NCBI GenBank assembly: GCA_907165135.1 | Contig: OU015567.1 | Span: 13,888,001 to 13,952,000, forward strand | Origin: Oikopleura dioica | Lineage: Eukaryota; Animalia; Chordata | Length of the DNA: 64,000 bases | Direction: 5' to 3' | Part shown: piece by piece, positions 36,841-48,730 of the stretch | How the letters are laid out: every line of letters begins with the position of its first letter | How positions within the stretch are numbered: the first letter of the stretch is position 1 | Notes under the pieces: generated by a model | Database searches by the model: none | What the model was told of the DNA's origin: nothing | What the model saw: only the letters and a program-made list of their open reading frames with translations | Made by a program: the position numbers and the translations under genes

Positions 36841-37206
36841 CCTGAATCCGGAGAATGAGATGAAGGATGGAATTTGGCAGGGTTTTCAGTATTTTATTCA
36901 GTTTGTATGAGCAGGTAGAGTGACGAAGAACGTGAGGAGCAAAAGCTGTTTTGTTTTTTCAAGTATTTATAAATGTCAAAAAGAGAAAGTCATGAGAGGT
37001 CTGGGCGAGTTATGTACAGATCCATAAGGTATATTTATCAGAAATCGATGAAGAGAGAAAAAATGAAGAAAATAGAACCAAAATGAAATTTGTAGAAAAA
37101 TTCTAGTTTTTGCGGCGTCCGATGTTTTTGAAAATGTCGTGATATGCGGGAGGCGGTGAGGAGTCCTATTGAAATGAGCATGATAAGGAGGAGACAGCGG
37201 ATAGGA

Positions 37207-38558
37207 TTACCGTTGGCCGTTGAGAGTCAGCTTGGTTGTTTTGGTGCAGGAGACGTTGTCGGTCGGAGTTCGACCTTTCGCTGAACTCCTGTTCTTGGCC
37301 GTTGCTCGTTGCAGACTCGTTACTTTGTCTGAGTCTTTGTCTTCGCTGTTCGCGAGCTCTGTCACGATTTCGAGAGGCTCTTGTGGCGATTTCGCTGCTT
37401 GGAGCACTTGGTGTCGGGCATGACTGCTCCTGTCTACGGGACTGCTCCTGCTGAGAGCTGCGCGATCGGGAACTCCGCGCAGCTGGACGCGGCGCTTCTG
37501 CATCCTGTGGTATGCGCGCTCTCCCGCGATGACGGCCAATTGTCCTTCTTATCGTACCGTAGACCTAAATCAGTTGTTACTTTTTAGAATAATCGTCGGT
37601 TTAGTCACCTGCTGGGCGGCCTGGGGCACATGAACCCGCTCTACTTTTTGTTTATATTTACGCGCAGTTGCCAATCCCTGCGTAAAACAACCCACTGCGG
37701 TGAACAGCGGCCACAAAGCCAACACACAGTAACTGTACCAACAGGGGACCGCCATTGGCAACGGCTCGGGTGCGAGTCGGACAAGCTCATGCCAAAGGTA
37801 GTTGTAAAGTCGCCAGTTTTCGATAAAGTAGTCGAGCCCTGCGGTTATCTAAAAGTGGGGATCGATGAGATTCTTTTGGGAGACAATGAGGGCAAAAACA
37901 AACCAGAAACGCGCCACAAAGGGCAGTTGCGGCGATGAGGCCAGGCTTGGACGCGTGTTTGGTGAGAATCATGGCACCGAAAAATGATCCCCCCGAGGAG
38001 AATGAGGATACAAGCGGAAGCGAAGGGGGACGGGAGAAAGACGCCAAAAGCTACCAGGGAGCCAACAATAATTGAAGAGAATAGCGCGCCTCCGTAAACT
38101 CCCCAAAGAAAAAGTCCGAGGCCTAGAGTAGAATGAATCTTTTGTGAGTTAAGCCAAAGTTAATACCTGGTATAAGATGTGTTATACAACCAACTAAGGA
38201 GCCGACGGACAAAGCTGCGCCCCAATTCGCGCCGTGAGGTAGATCATCGACTCTATTGCAAATGGCAAGAACAGAAACAGTGGCAAACAGTGCACCCTGG
38301 AAAAATCATGAGAAAAAATCTTAAAGGCGATCTTACAGATAGCCACATGCAAAAGCGAAAACATCGGTATCCGGATAAACAAAGCACGAGGCCTGTTATT
38401 ATTAATGCGCAGCAGATAGATACATGCTTCCAGTAGTACGTAACGCTAAAGTCGTTTGGGCAGTGATTGAGCTCTTCCTCAGTCTTGTATCGGTAAATCT
38501 CGTTGACATCATTATCAAAGTAGTCGATCCCATCGGTTTCCAAGAACGATCCGTCCAT
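37207..38558 (-). CDS. TMEM198: Transmembrane protein 198
   Basis: LSGYRCFR, PCWYSYCVLALWPLFTAVGCFTQ and QKRRVQL match TMEM198 motifs (GYRCF, LCWRSWALLALWP, RRRVQL). Confidence 0.8.
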
Positions 38559-38876
38559 TTGTTACTCTGAAAACGGAGCCTATGAGGTCTTGGAGGTATT
38601 TTGGGATTGTATTGAAATAAATAGGATTTGGTTTTTCGTAAGGATTTACTTTGAGAGTTGTAACGGTCGCTCTTAGAGTGACATCATACGAGTTGAAATA
38701 AAAGTATAATCAGGAACACAAGTAAAATTATCATAAGCAAATGTTTACGCAACTAGGACTAGTAGAAACTTAATTAATTATAACTGTTGAATTTTCTTTA
38801 TATTTTCTTTTGTACAGTACGTGGCTAGAACTGTTAGCCAATAGAGTTTTTGGAAGGGAAGAAGTACAATTGGGAG

Positions 38877-41369
38877 TTACATGCCACCGTAAGCAGGTCC
38901 TCCACCACCTTCGGGACATTGCCAGTCAATGTTTTGCGAGGGGCACTTGATGTCGCATGTTTTACAGTGGACGCAGTTCTGGGCATTGATCACGAGTTCT
39001 TTCTTTCCGCTTTCTTCATCGGTGACGTACTCGTAGACACCAGCAGGGCTAAAGAGAGAGTTTAACAGGTTTGAATAAATTTGGTTAAATTCACCAGAAT
39101 CGAGCTTCAGGTCCATCGAAAAGCTCAAGATTTCTCCGCAGGTCGTCGTCCTTGAGTGTTAAATGAGCTGGCTGATCACCATTATGATTAGTTCCGGAAA
39201 GAGCCACGGAAGAAAGGAGATCAAATGAAAGCTTTCCGTCGGGCTTGGGGTACTCAATCTTCTGGAAGTCCTTGGCGGGCTTCATTTTTTCGTGATCAGC
39301 GCCACCGTGGGACAGGGTCCACTTTTCGAGGTCGATTCCAAAGGTTCCTTATTTTGAAATATTTTTGAAAATAACACAGAAATCGAAAATACCCTTGAGC
39401 ATACAGACGAAGAAGCCAGTGTAAGCAAGACCGCCGTAGAATCCAAGAGGGTTGTGGAAAGATGGACGAACATTACGAACATCTTTGAGCTCTTTGTAGA
39501 TCCATGAGTTTTTCAGCGCAGTCTCGTACTCTGGCACGTCAAGGCTTTCATGTTTCCATTCTCGGGTTTCATCTGAAAATGCGCTCGCGTTTTAGAAAGG
39601 TGGAGAAAATGGAGCTTAATCACCTTGAAGGGCGGAGAAAATGCTCTCAGCCGCGAGCATGCCAGACTTCATGGCGTTGTGAGTTCCCTTAACCTTTGGC
39701 ACGTTGAGCAGTCCAGCGTCACACCCAGTTAGGACACCGCCGGGGAAGGTCAGCTTTGGGATCGCTAGAGCGAAGGTCAATACAAATTGTTACAACAAAG
39801 GGCGATTATGTTACACTTGTTCCAGTAAATGAGCTTAAAAAATGGAACTAACCTTGGAATCCACCTTCGTTGAGTGCTCGAGCACCGTATGAAAGTCGCT
39901 CGCCGCCCTCAAGCATCTCAGCAATGAGAGGATGATGCTTCCATCGCTGGAATTCAGAGGGAGGAGAAATGTAGGGGTTTTCGTAATCGAGAGAGACAAC
40001 ATAGCCAAGAGCGACGAGGGTTTCAGCTTCTTCTGCTCCCCAATCAGTCAAATGGTAGACAAAAGAGCCAGCATAGGTCTTCTTGTCCATGGGCCAGCCA
40101 ACAGTGTGAAGAACCAGACCATCTCGATGCTTTTCAGCTGGGATTTTCCACAATTCCTAGAGTAATTTATAAGTAAATTAAATTTAAATTGCGTGCCGAT
40201 CGATTTTCGAATACACAAGTTAGATAACCTAATACCTAGCCTATACGTAATTCAATAAATTACGCAAAAAGTGGATTACCTTGATGCCCGTGGCGTAAGT
40301 CTGTGGCTCGCAATTTTCACGCAATTTAAACTCTGGGTTTTGGTAAAGCTGCTTGCCCAGGGAGCCGTGGCAACCTTCGGAGAAAATGGTACACTTGGCG
40401 CGGAAGCCCATTCCTCTCTCGAAGGAATCAGTTGGGGAACCATCCTTGGCGATTCCGGAGTCGTGAGTAGCAACACCAGCTACAGATCCATCATCGTTGT
40501 AAAGAATTTCGGTGGCAGCGAAGCCTTAAACAATGCGTTTAGAAAAAAACGTTGTTCAGCAGCTTGAACAAGGCTAGAATTACGCACAGAGATAAATACG
40601 CGGCGAAGTAATATGCTCGTTGAGGTTTTAAGAGCGTTTAACAAGAGGTTGAGTGGTAAGCCACGAGCACCCCACTTAGCATTGCACAGTACAAACACTT
40701 AAATTCACCTGGATAGACTTCGACGCCAAGTTCTTCAGCGATTTCTCCAAGCCATGCGACGACGTTGCCCAGTCTTACAATGTAGTTGCCGTGGTTGTTC
40801 ATCGGCCAGTTCTTGGTCATCCAGTCCCAAGTTGAGTTGCCCAGGAAGGGCGCTCTAATTGACTTTTGGTCGTTGAGCATGATATGGAATTCATCCTCTT
40901 TCACGGGTGTGTGAAGAGGGGCACCACGTTCTTTCCAGTCTTGAAAACTACAGTTGACACGTGTCGCTTATCAGTTAAATACCTGGGATAAGTTCATCAA
41001 GCGCAGTTGTCTGAAGACAAGCACCCGAGAGGATATGATCTCCGATGTTCGCGGCTTTTTCGATGACACAGACTCGAAACTCTTCCGCGTCCAAACCCGC
41101 TTCGTTTGCGAGCTGACGGAGCCTGATAGCAGCTGATAAGCCGGCTGGGCCGCCACCAACGATTGCTACGTCAACTTCGTCCTCGTAACGTGTCCAGACA
41201 TCTTCGTCCGATACGATTTCTGCCCACCTAAAGAAGTCATCTCGTTTACCTCAAAAGCGACAGGTAATTGTTACCTTGGATCGTTTTCCCTAGGCTTTTG
41301 GAAGTAGTGGGTGGTGGATGCTGCTCGCTTGGCGAGTCTAGGTAGCCTTGTTACAACCCGACGCAGCAT
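38877..41369 (-). CDS. ETFDH: Electron transfer flavoprotein-ubiquinone oxidoreductase
   Basis: [15 protein letters not shown] motif, [21 protein letters not shown] and C-terminal 4Fe-4[21 protein letters not shown]...[12 protein letters not shown]; many short GT-AG introns. Confidence 0.97.
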
Positions 41370-41461
41370 CTTAATGCAAATTTCATAAATTTTCATTTTA
41401 TAAAAGATTGCAAAGATGAATGTTAGTTTGAAAGTCAGGTTTGAGCAGACAGAGTTCTGGT

Positions 41462-41779
41462 TTAAATTTTGGCCTTGATTCCGAATGCAATTTTCGGTCG
41501 AGATTTAACTCCGGCCGAGTTCTTTTTGCCGAGAATGACATTTTGCTGTTCTTTCGTCTTGCTCTCCATTTCTTTCAAGAAACTGGTGCGTTCTTCTTCG
41601 AGTTTTCTTCGCGACTCAACGACACTCAGCCGTTCTTCCGCGAGTTTTTCCTCGGCATCGGTAACGCGTTGCTTCATGTCGGCGATTTCCTAAAAGAGGA
41701 ACGTAAATAATCCGTGCGCAGGGGCAAGGTCGCGACCCGGGTGAACGTAACGTGTGCCCTGCAAGCCCTGCATATTCAT
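41462..41779 (-). CDS. Small coiled-coil protein, unknown
   Basis: EIADMKQRVTDAEEKLAEERLSVVESRRKLEEERTSFLKE exon behind a ttttag acceptor; stop 93 bp upstream of the ETFDH ATG; 5' exon tentative. Confidence 0.5.
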
Positions 41780-42037
41780 TCCGCTGGACTGACTCAGACA
41801 ACAAAACCCAATCATGAAATTCAAGTGGACCAGATCGAAAGAATCCTCAAAACCCTTAGACAGCAATTTCGATTGAATTTAATTGAACCTCATTATTCAT
41901 AAGCTGACGGTTACTGGCGCCATTTCTACCGCGGAACGGTGGCGCTAGATATAAAGTGGGGGATTTCACGTTAACTCAGGATTGGTAGCCGCCGGCGGTT
42001 CCAATAGTCCCAGGTACTACCTATTTTATCCTTGTAG

Positions 42038-43593
42038 TGTCATACTCTGTCAAACAACAAGAGAAAATCCAGTGAAGATTAGATTTAAAATGATCAAACG
42101 AAGCCAATGAATAAGATAATTTATTTGCAAGAGAATCATCTAATCGTCACTTCGCCGGAATACCCGAAAAATGTTCCGGGACAGACGCAAATTGAGTGGA
42201 AGTAAGTGCTTTATTTCATATTCAATCTTGAGTCAGGATTGATATCAAGGAAGAGTACCAATCTAATCAGGAGGATTGCTCTCAAAAACTCTTTTTTTGA
42301 CACGTTTTCATTAACAAAACACTTCAACAATCAAACAAAGCTCTTATTTTTTTCCTTCAGAATACAGACAGACCCTGGTTACCGGATAAAAACATACTTT
42401 TTCGTATGTGACATCCCTCAGAGTTTATTTTGCCAGCGGATCTATGTCAACGTTATCGACACAGAAATGCTATCTGACGGAACAACAGAAGAGATAAACA
42501 ACAGCCGGTAATATATTTCTTGATTTTATGATCAGACGAACAAGTAAAGATAAACGGAGGTGTACAAGCCAATTACTAGGATTATCGAGATAGGAAGTTC
42601 CCAGCCGGGGTTGCTCTTGCGAAGGGTGATATTTGGAACAGGACCGATCTTTTCTGAAGCTGGTATTTCAAGAATATTTAAAAGCTTTTCAAGGGTCAAT
42701 ATATTCTCTCTCTACAAATTAAAGTCATAACAGCTCACGTTCTACGCTAAAAATAACCCGTCCTTAGACATGTCATCATCTGAGTTGTTTTTATTGCAGC
42801 AACGCATTTTCATATTTTGAGTTAAAATATGCGCAGACGGTTAATTGAAAATTTCTGTTCTAGAAGAGAGGCAAAACAGAGACCCGCCTAAAACATATTT
42901 CTAAAAACAATGACTAGAGGACTAGCCCAAAACGAATGAGTGGGCTTTCTATATTTTGGCTTTCGCAAGAGATGATAAGATCGGTTTCCAACACTATCCC
43001 AAGAGCAAAATGCGCTGAACAGGGAAAAACATGACAGCGGTTTACCATTGTTCGTTTTTAGAATATGCGGTCACTGTCCGGAAACGCTAGTCTCATGGTC
43101 GAATTCCGTGGTGATTCGACTCCAGTCTGACGCAGGTGGCGGCCTGGATGAGCTCCGTCGGTTCGCGCTGCGCATAGAACGCACCTCGGAGCCGCCAAGC
43201 TTCAAACACGTGCGCAACGCTGAGATTTCCGACCCTTCAGCCCCTACTCTTCCCCCACTTTACTACGACAACATCGAGCTCGACTACAACGAGGGCTTTA
43301 ACGGGTTCATCACGACTGGGGATCTCGAGATTGGAGCTTCCGCGTCAAACAAACTTCTCTGGCTGAAGATTTGTCTGCCGAGCATTTTTGGAGTTCTGCT
43401 CCTTGTAATTATGATCATCTTTTTTATAAAACGAAAACGGGAGAAAGAAGAATATGAAGCTGACATTGGATATAAAGAGCCAAAATTGTCAAAAGAGCAG
43501 AAATGGCTCAAAAGTATTCCAAAACCTTTCAAAGAGCAGTACATGTCTTCTAATCCTGGCACTGGAACCAATCAGACTACGGTCAACAAGTGA
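42038..43593 (+). CDS. CUB-domain single-pass membrane protein (5' end uncertain)
   Basis: IVTSPEYPKNVPGQTQIEW...IQTDPGYRI...ICGHCPETLVSWSNSVVIRLQSD (CUB), TM CLPSIFGVLLLVIMIIFFI, then KRKREK; one ~560-nt intron. Confidence 0.75.
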
Positions 43594-43701
43594 TTTTACA
43601 AGAAGACTGTAGCTAACTGTATGCAAATAATAAATAAAAACACTCACCTCTCAATTCTACAATCCGTTGCGTTTTTACTTTAGAGTTACTGTTTATAAAA
43701 A

Positions 43702-43735
43702 GTCGAATGAGCCGAGTGGATTAGGGGCGCCGGAC
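43702..43735 (+). other. tRNA-Leu/Ser-like 5'-half relic (A-box), not a complete tRNA
   Basis: gtcgaatgagccgagtggattaggggcgccggac resembles the 5' half of eukaryotic tRNA-Leu; no T-loop or B-box follows. Confidence 0.25.
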
Positions 43736-44144
43736 CGGTAGGTGCCTTCGTATTTATCCTCACTACTTGTATTTACTATCGCGTAGTCTCTCAGATCTTG
43801 ATTTCAGACAGCTACGAGCCTTCGTCTACACGTTTTTGGCTTTCAAAACATACTCAAGCAACGTATAAATAATAACCTAATCGAGGACCCCTAACCCTTC
43901 AATAATTTTTTCCTACGAAGGCATATCATTCTTCATTTTAGCTCTGATTCGGCGGATTATCATAACAAAACTAAGAAAAGGTTGAATAAAACACGTCATA
44001 ATAAAAATCAGAGAATTCAGGACGGCATAATCTAGGATCTTTTAACGCGAAATCGACGTCAAATCCAATAAAACGCTTGAACCCGGGTAGGCGGCCTTGA
44101 TTCAAATACAAATTAAATTTCATCCCCTGCGAAAAATTCTCCTT

Positions 44145-44902
44145 TCAAGAGCCCCCGCACCTGAAATTTATGTGCTGACGCGTAGAAAATGCGTCAGCTC
44201 GCAATTTTCTCGCTTTCTTTGGTATGCAATTATAGAATAGAAGCGTTACTCTTACCTTTTCGAGCTTGTGAATGTGATCGACATGTTTGACCTCGCGGTG
44301 CTTGAGCTCGTTGATAAGCTCGACTTGTTCTCTGTTGAGTTTGTTATCGCTGGTGTCGGCAGGGGGAGTCGCTGCTTCCTCTGAGCGGATTTTCGCTGCG
44401 ATTTTCTTCTCGATTTCGGGCATTCGTCTAGCAATTTCTTCTTCCACCTTGAGCCCGACCTGATTTCAAATTATGTAACTTACTGTAACGAAAATAAAAC
44501 GTACCTCAAGTGCAACACGTTTGTCGACTTGTTGTTTTATGTAGATTTCGTTCTGCTCCTGCTGTCGGATTTGACGGAGTTTTTCCATTTCCTCACGCTC
44601 CTTTTTTCGCAAGTCCGTATCGCCGTAATTCTTCTCGGTGCGTTTTTGCTTTGAAAGCATTTTGCTGTACACATCGGATGCGATGTCAGAGCTAGAAAGA
44701 AGAAGAGATAAGAGGGTCGATTATAAATTCAAGTACCTGGAAGAGGAGCTTCGTCTCCGACGATGACGGCGTCGACGTTCTCGGGAGCGACTTCTTCTTC
44801 GGTCTTTATTGGGGCAATAACTTGAGGGTTGAAAAATCAACGAGAGAATGAAGTGTGACCCATTCCTGAGCGATCTCTGGAGCGCGATCGGGATCTTGGC
44901 AT
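44145..44902 (-). CDS. ARGLU1: ARGLU1-like arginine/glutamate-rich protein
   Basis: MPRSRSRSRDR start; EMEKLRQIRQQEQNEIYIKQQVDKRVALEVGLKVEEEIARR parallels ARGLU1 RQRKIRQQEIEEKLIEEETARRVEELVAKRVEEE. 3' end uncertain. Confidence 0.65.
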
Positions 44903-45560
44903 GATAGTTTGTTTATGCCTTTTTTTGATTTCGAAGAAGTAACAGTTGTTGGACCGGGTTTCTTGTCAATTCTTGCTGAATAAAGTTCATGATAGAGAGA
45001 TCTCGGACACAGTGTTCAGGAGGTAAATATCAGAAATAGCAGTAGTCAACACTACCGCAACGACTTCGAAATGATACGACAGGTGATTCGTGGGATCACT
45101 GGCTTTCATTTTCAGATTCAGAAATAATGACAATTGTCAATTGAGCGATTTGTCTGAAAAGAGTAACCATAAGTTATAGTTCTTTTTGATAAAGTGGGAT
45201 GTTTTTCGGAACTCAATTAATCAGAGCATTGATGAAATACTGCTGTATTAAATAGGAAGTGCCGTCTGATCCGTTACATGACGTACATTCATCGCAACCA
45301 CAGCCAGCTGAAAGCTACTCCAAGGATTGCTACTCAAGCAAGTGCTTCCCGTTGCGGGAAAACTATATCAACGAAAATATCAGCTGCTAAAGCCCAAAGG
45401 GTGGAAGATAACTTCCTTCAGGGAGGATCAAAGAATGATGTAGATAGAATTTATTTAACAACTTAAATATATCTGCACAAATAAGTTCGAATTATGGACA
45501 TAGAAATATGTTCGCAGAATATAAATAAAATAGAACGTTTCATCAATATTTTCGACGTTT

Positions 45561-47237
45561 TCAGGGTGGCAGAGAAGGAGGGTTTTGTTTAGGGGTGTGG
45601 GAGTTTGATGATGCGGAATTGAATTCGCGAGTGATAGAGTCAATAGATAAGGAAGATTCGGACGACATTCGTCGGATGCGATCGCGGAAGCCCTCGTTTG
45701 ATTCGAGCCACCAGTCGAGTGTGTCTGTGGCGGCTGGAGGAGGAGGAGGCAGCGGTGGGTCAGTAAATGCACCTCCTGTCGGAAGGTTGAGGTCGGAAGC
45801 GCCCGAATCGCTCGAGACAATGTCGTCGGTTTCAAGTCGCAGTCGTTTGGCAGAAGTTAGAGGCCGCAGAGGTTGCAGGCCCGGGTCGGGGGAGAGATGA
45901 TCAGATGAGTCACGAGGGCTCCTAAAATTGAATATTGAGAACTTGTTGGATTTCGTTTTGCACCTGGTTTTTACACTTTTCTACGACCTAGTTTTATTTA
46001 CAACTCGAAACATCTTTTACATCTCGTCGATGTTATGCCTATTGCTACTTACATCATCGTTGAAGTTTTTCGGACGATAAATAAATCCGAGGATGAAAAC
46101 TCAATAGCCATGGAACGCTAGCGAATCGGCCGAAGTTCCCAAATGATTGAGAGACAAGTTTTGAAGGCCTACGCATACGAGAGAAAACTCTTTCAGTATT
46201 CTGAGCACAACAAAGCTCATTGTCAAGGGGATCAAATAAATTGTCAAGAAATCGTATGTCTCGCGCAGAACCTTATCAGACTTGCTTTCTCGTAGCTCAT
46301 AGGGTGTTCCGAAGGCCATTTTTGAGTTTTTTTTTCAAAAGATCCTCTTTCGTTCAAGTATTTTATTTTTTGTCTTGTCCTACGATAGGGTGTTTTCCAG
46401 TTTTTATGGGAGGAAAAGCAAACATGAGAATCTCAGAAAAAATAAACGCTCCCTGGTCAAGGTACAAAAATATTTACCACAGCAAATATTACACTTGACG
46501 ATCATAATGCGCGAAGGTGATAAAACGACCCTTTTTCAACTCTTGGGTTTTTACAGTACCTTTTCCTCTTGCCAGAAGGTTTGAACACTTGACGGCCTGG
46601 TTGTTGACGACTTCGTAGCGGGTATTCGCACCTGCTATCGGGACTGGCTGAGCGTGGGGAATCAAAGACTGAGTTTGGTGAGCCGATAGGGCGGAAGAAG
46701 GTTGAATTTGATGAATTTCTAAATAGAGCGGTGAGAAAATACACAAAGCTGAGTTATATTATTGTATAAAAAATAACGTTCATACTACTTTAGTTTGATA
46801 AAACATTTGGTTAATCAAATAATATAATTCGTTTTCGCTTGAACAAAAATTACCCAGGTGATGATGGAAGAATATTGAGTTTTTCCGTAGAGTTTGTTAA
46901 TGAAATTGATGTATTGATCTAAGGACAGGTAGAAAATAAAACAGTTAGTATAAAGACTGACCTTGGCTTCGCCAAGCCGCTCATCAGCCTCAGATGTTGT
47001 CCTACATCGTTGGAGAAGTCCCTTTGTCAATGATGAGTGGCGCCGAAGCTTAGTGCGTTTGAAAGAAAAAGCTTGTTTCTCGTCAGGAGTTTGTAAATGG
47101 TCAGAGGTAGGGGTGAGAGATTTGTTTTCGGATGAGTTTGATTTTGTAGGGGATGAAGAAATGACTTCCCATTGAAGAATTGGTGCAGAATTGCAGCGCT
47201 CGAAAAGATGCTTTACGCGGTCATCTGGATTTGACAT
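45561..47237 (-). CDS. Ser/Pro-rich disordered protein, possibly FAM122/PABIR-like
   Basis: Three clear exons (47237-~46960, ~46720-46560, ~45925-45561); N-terminal HLFERCNSAPIL resembles FAM122 LRRSNSAPLI. The last exon frame (TDTLDWWLESNEGFRDR) is missed by the ORF track. Gene likely; family call weak. Confidence 0.55.
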
Positions 47238-47384
47238 TTTCGGATTCCCGATTTCAGATTCAACAGACTGTTACATTCTATAAGCGACAATATGAGATTA
47301 GATCGATTTTGTGGACAATTTTTGCTAGTTTCTCGTAAGACGAGCGAAGGAAAGGGCAGTGACCCCAGATGGGGCAATCGCAGG

Positions 47385-48576
47385 TTAATCCATCGGCGCT
47401 GGCATGTTTGCGTACTGGCCCTGAATGACGGAAACGATTAACAAGGTGAAGGATAGAATGTCTTACCTTGCCAGCGCGCATGTCACCCTTGTCGATTTTG
47501 TAATAGAATTGAAGAAAGAACTGGCGCGACTCGGGAATCCAGTGCACCCAGAATTTTTCTTCGCTCTTGAAATAAACATTGAATCAATAGAGTTGTTATG
47601 CCATAAATTGTCATTGTTTTGACCTGTGGTTTATCGAAGTGCTTTGGTTGCTTTGACTTTGATAAGGAGATTTCTTGTTTGCAGAAATCGCCCCTGCCAA
47701 AGAGTTCAAAAATATTTTCAAAGACACTCACCAAAATTTTGTCTTCAGACCGTTCAACACAACATTCTCTTATTCTCGATTATCCTTATCAATATTTGCC
47801 CAGTTTTAACGATAAGAAAGAATCCGAACTGGCATGAACCAGATAGAATGTGGAATTTACACTCGTACCTTGTCGATTTCTCTACTTGGAAGTTTGAACG
47901 CAATCGTCTCGTAGGGCTCAGCAGCGAACAGAAGATACTGCCATTTTCGATCTGGCGGCTCAATGTGCTGTTCGTAAGCTGACATGAATCGATGGCGCGG
48001 CTCGATACCGTCAACGATTTCGGGGTAATCAACCTAGAGTACTTGTTAATTCAGAAGTACGCCAATAACAGCTGACGCTAGTATTCTTTTCCTTTTAGAA
48101 TCAATATTTGAAAAGCTCGAACCTGGAAAAGAAGACTTTGCTGGCCAGTGTGCGGGCATCGTTGTTTTGTAACTTTGTATCCAGGTCTTCCGATTTTGAT
48201 GAATTTCTTGAGCGGGACATTTGGTCGAACTGGCGCGATCTGCGGCCCACCCATTTCCTTCGCTTCCTTGGCCGCTCTTCTAGCCAAGTTGGCCTGATGC
48301 TTCTTACCCTGTTTGAAAATGTAAGTATAAAAAATGCAACTGTAGTTACTGTACCTGAGTATGCGCAAGGTAGGACCCTTCATTATTATGCAGCGTGAGG
48401 CAAAGCTTGCATTCGTACGATCCCAAATGATTTTTCATAAAATAAGGATCCTTTGCCAAATCAATCGTCTCCAGAGCCAACTGTCTGAGACGCTCCCTCC
48501 TGTCCTTGTTCATTTCCGACCATGAGGCCTGTCCTCCCGTGCCGGTCTTTCCACCGGCGCGATTTTGAAAATCCAT
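47385..48576 (-). CDS. SF3A2: Splicing factor 3A subunit 2
   Basis: MDFQNRAGGKTG...DRRERLRQLALETIDLAKDPYFMKNHLGSYECKLCLTLHNNEGSYLAHTQGKKHQ; PRHRFMSAYEQ; FFLQFYYK. Confidence 0.97.
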
Positions 48577-48730
48577 TTTCTACAAAAAAAGAAGGATGAG
48601 ACGCGTCCGCAAGTTGAGCGAAGTTTTATTACAAGACAGGGTTTGTTTGATTAAAAGTCAAGCAAATAATAATCACTCAAAAACTCTTGAACTCTGAATA
48701 TTAGCAGTTTTAATGATTCTTTGGCCGGTG

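Noticed and set aside
45595-45900. Listed + strand 101-aa ORF and minus-strand 45455-45835 ORF
   Set aside because: A third, minus-strand frame without an ATG fits as the terminal exon of the 47237 gene.
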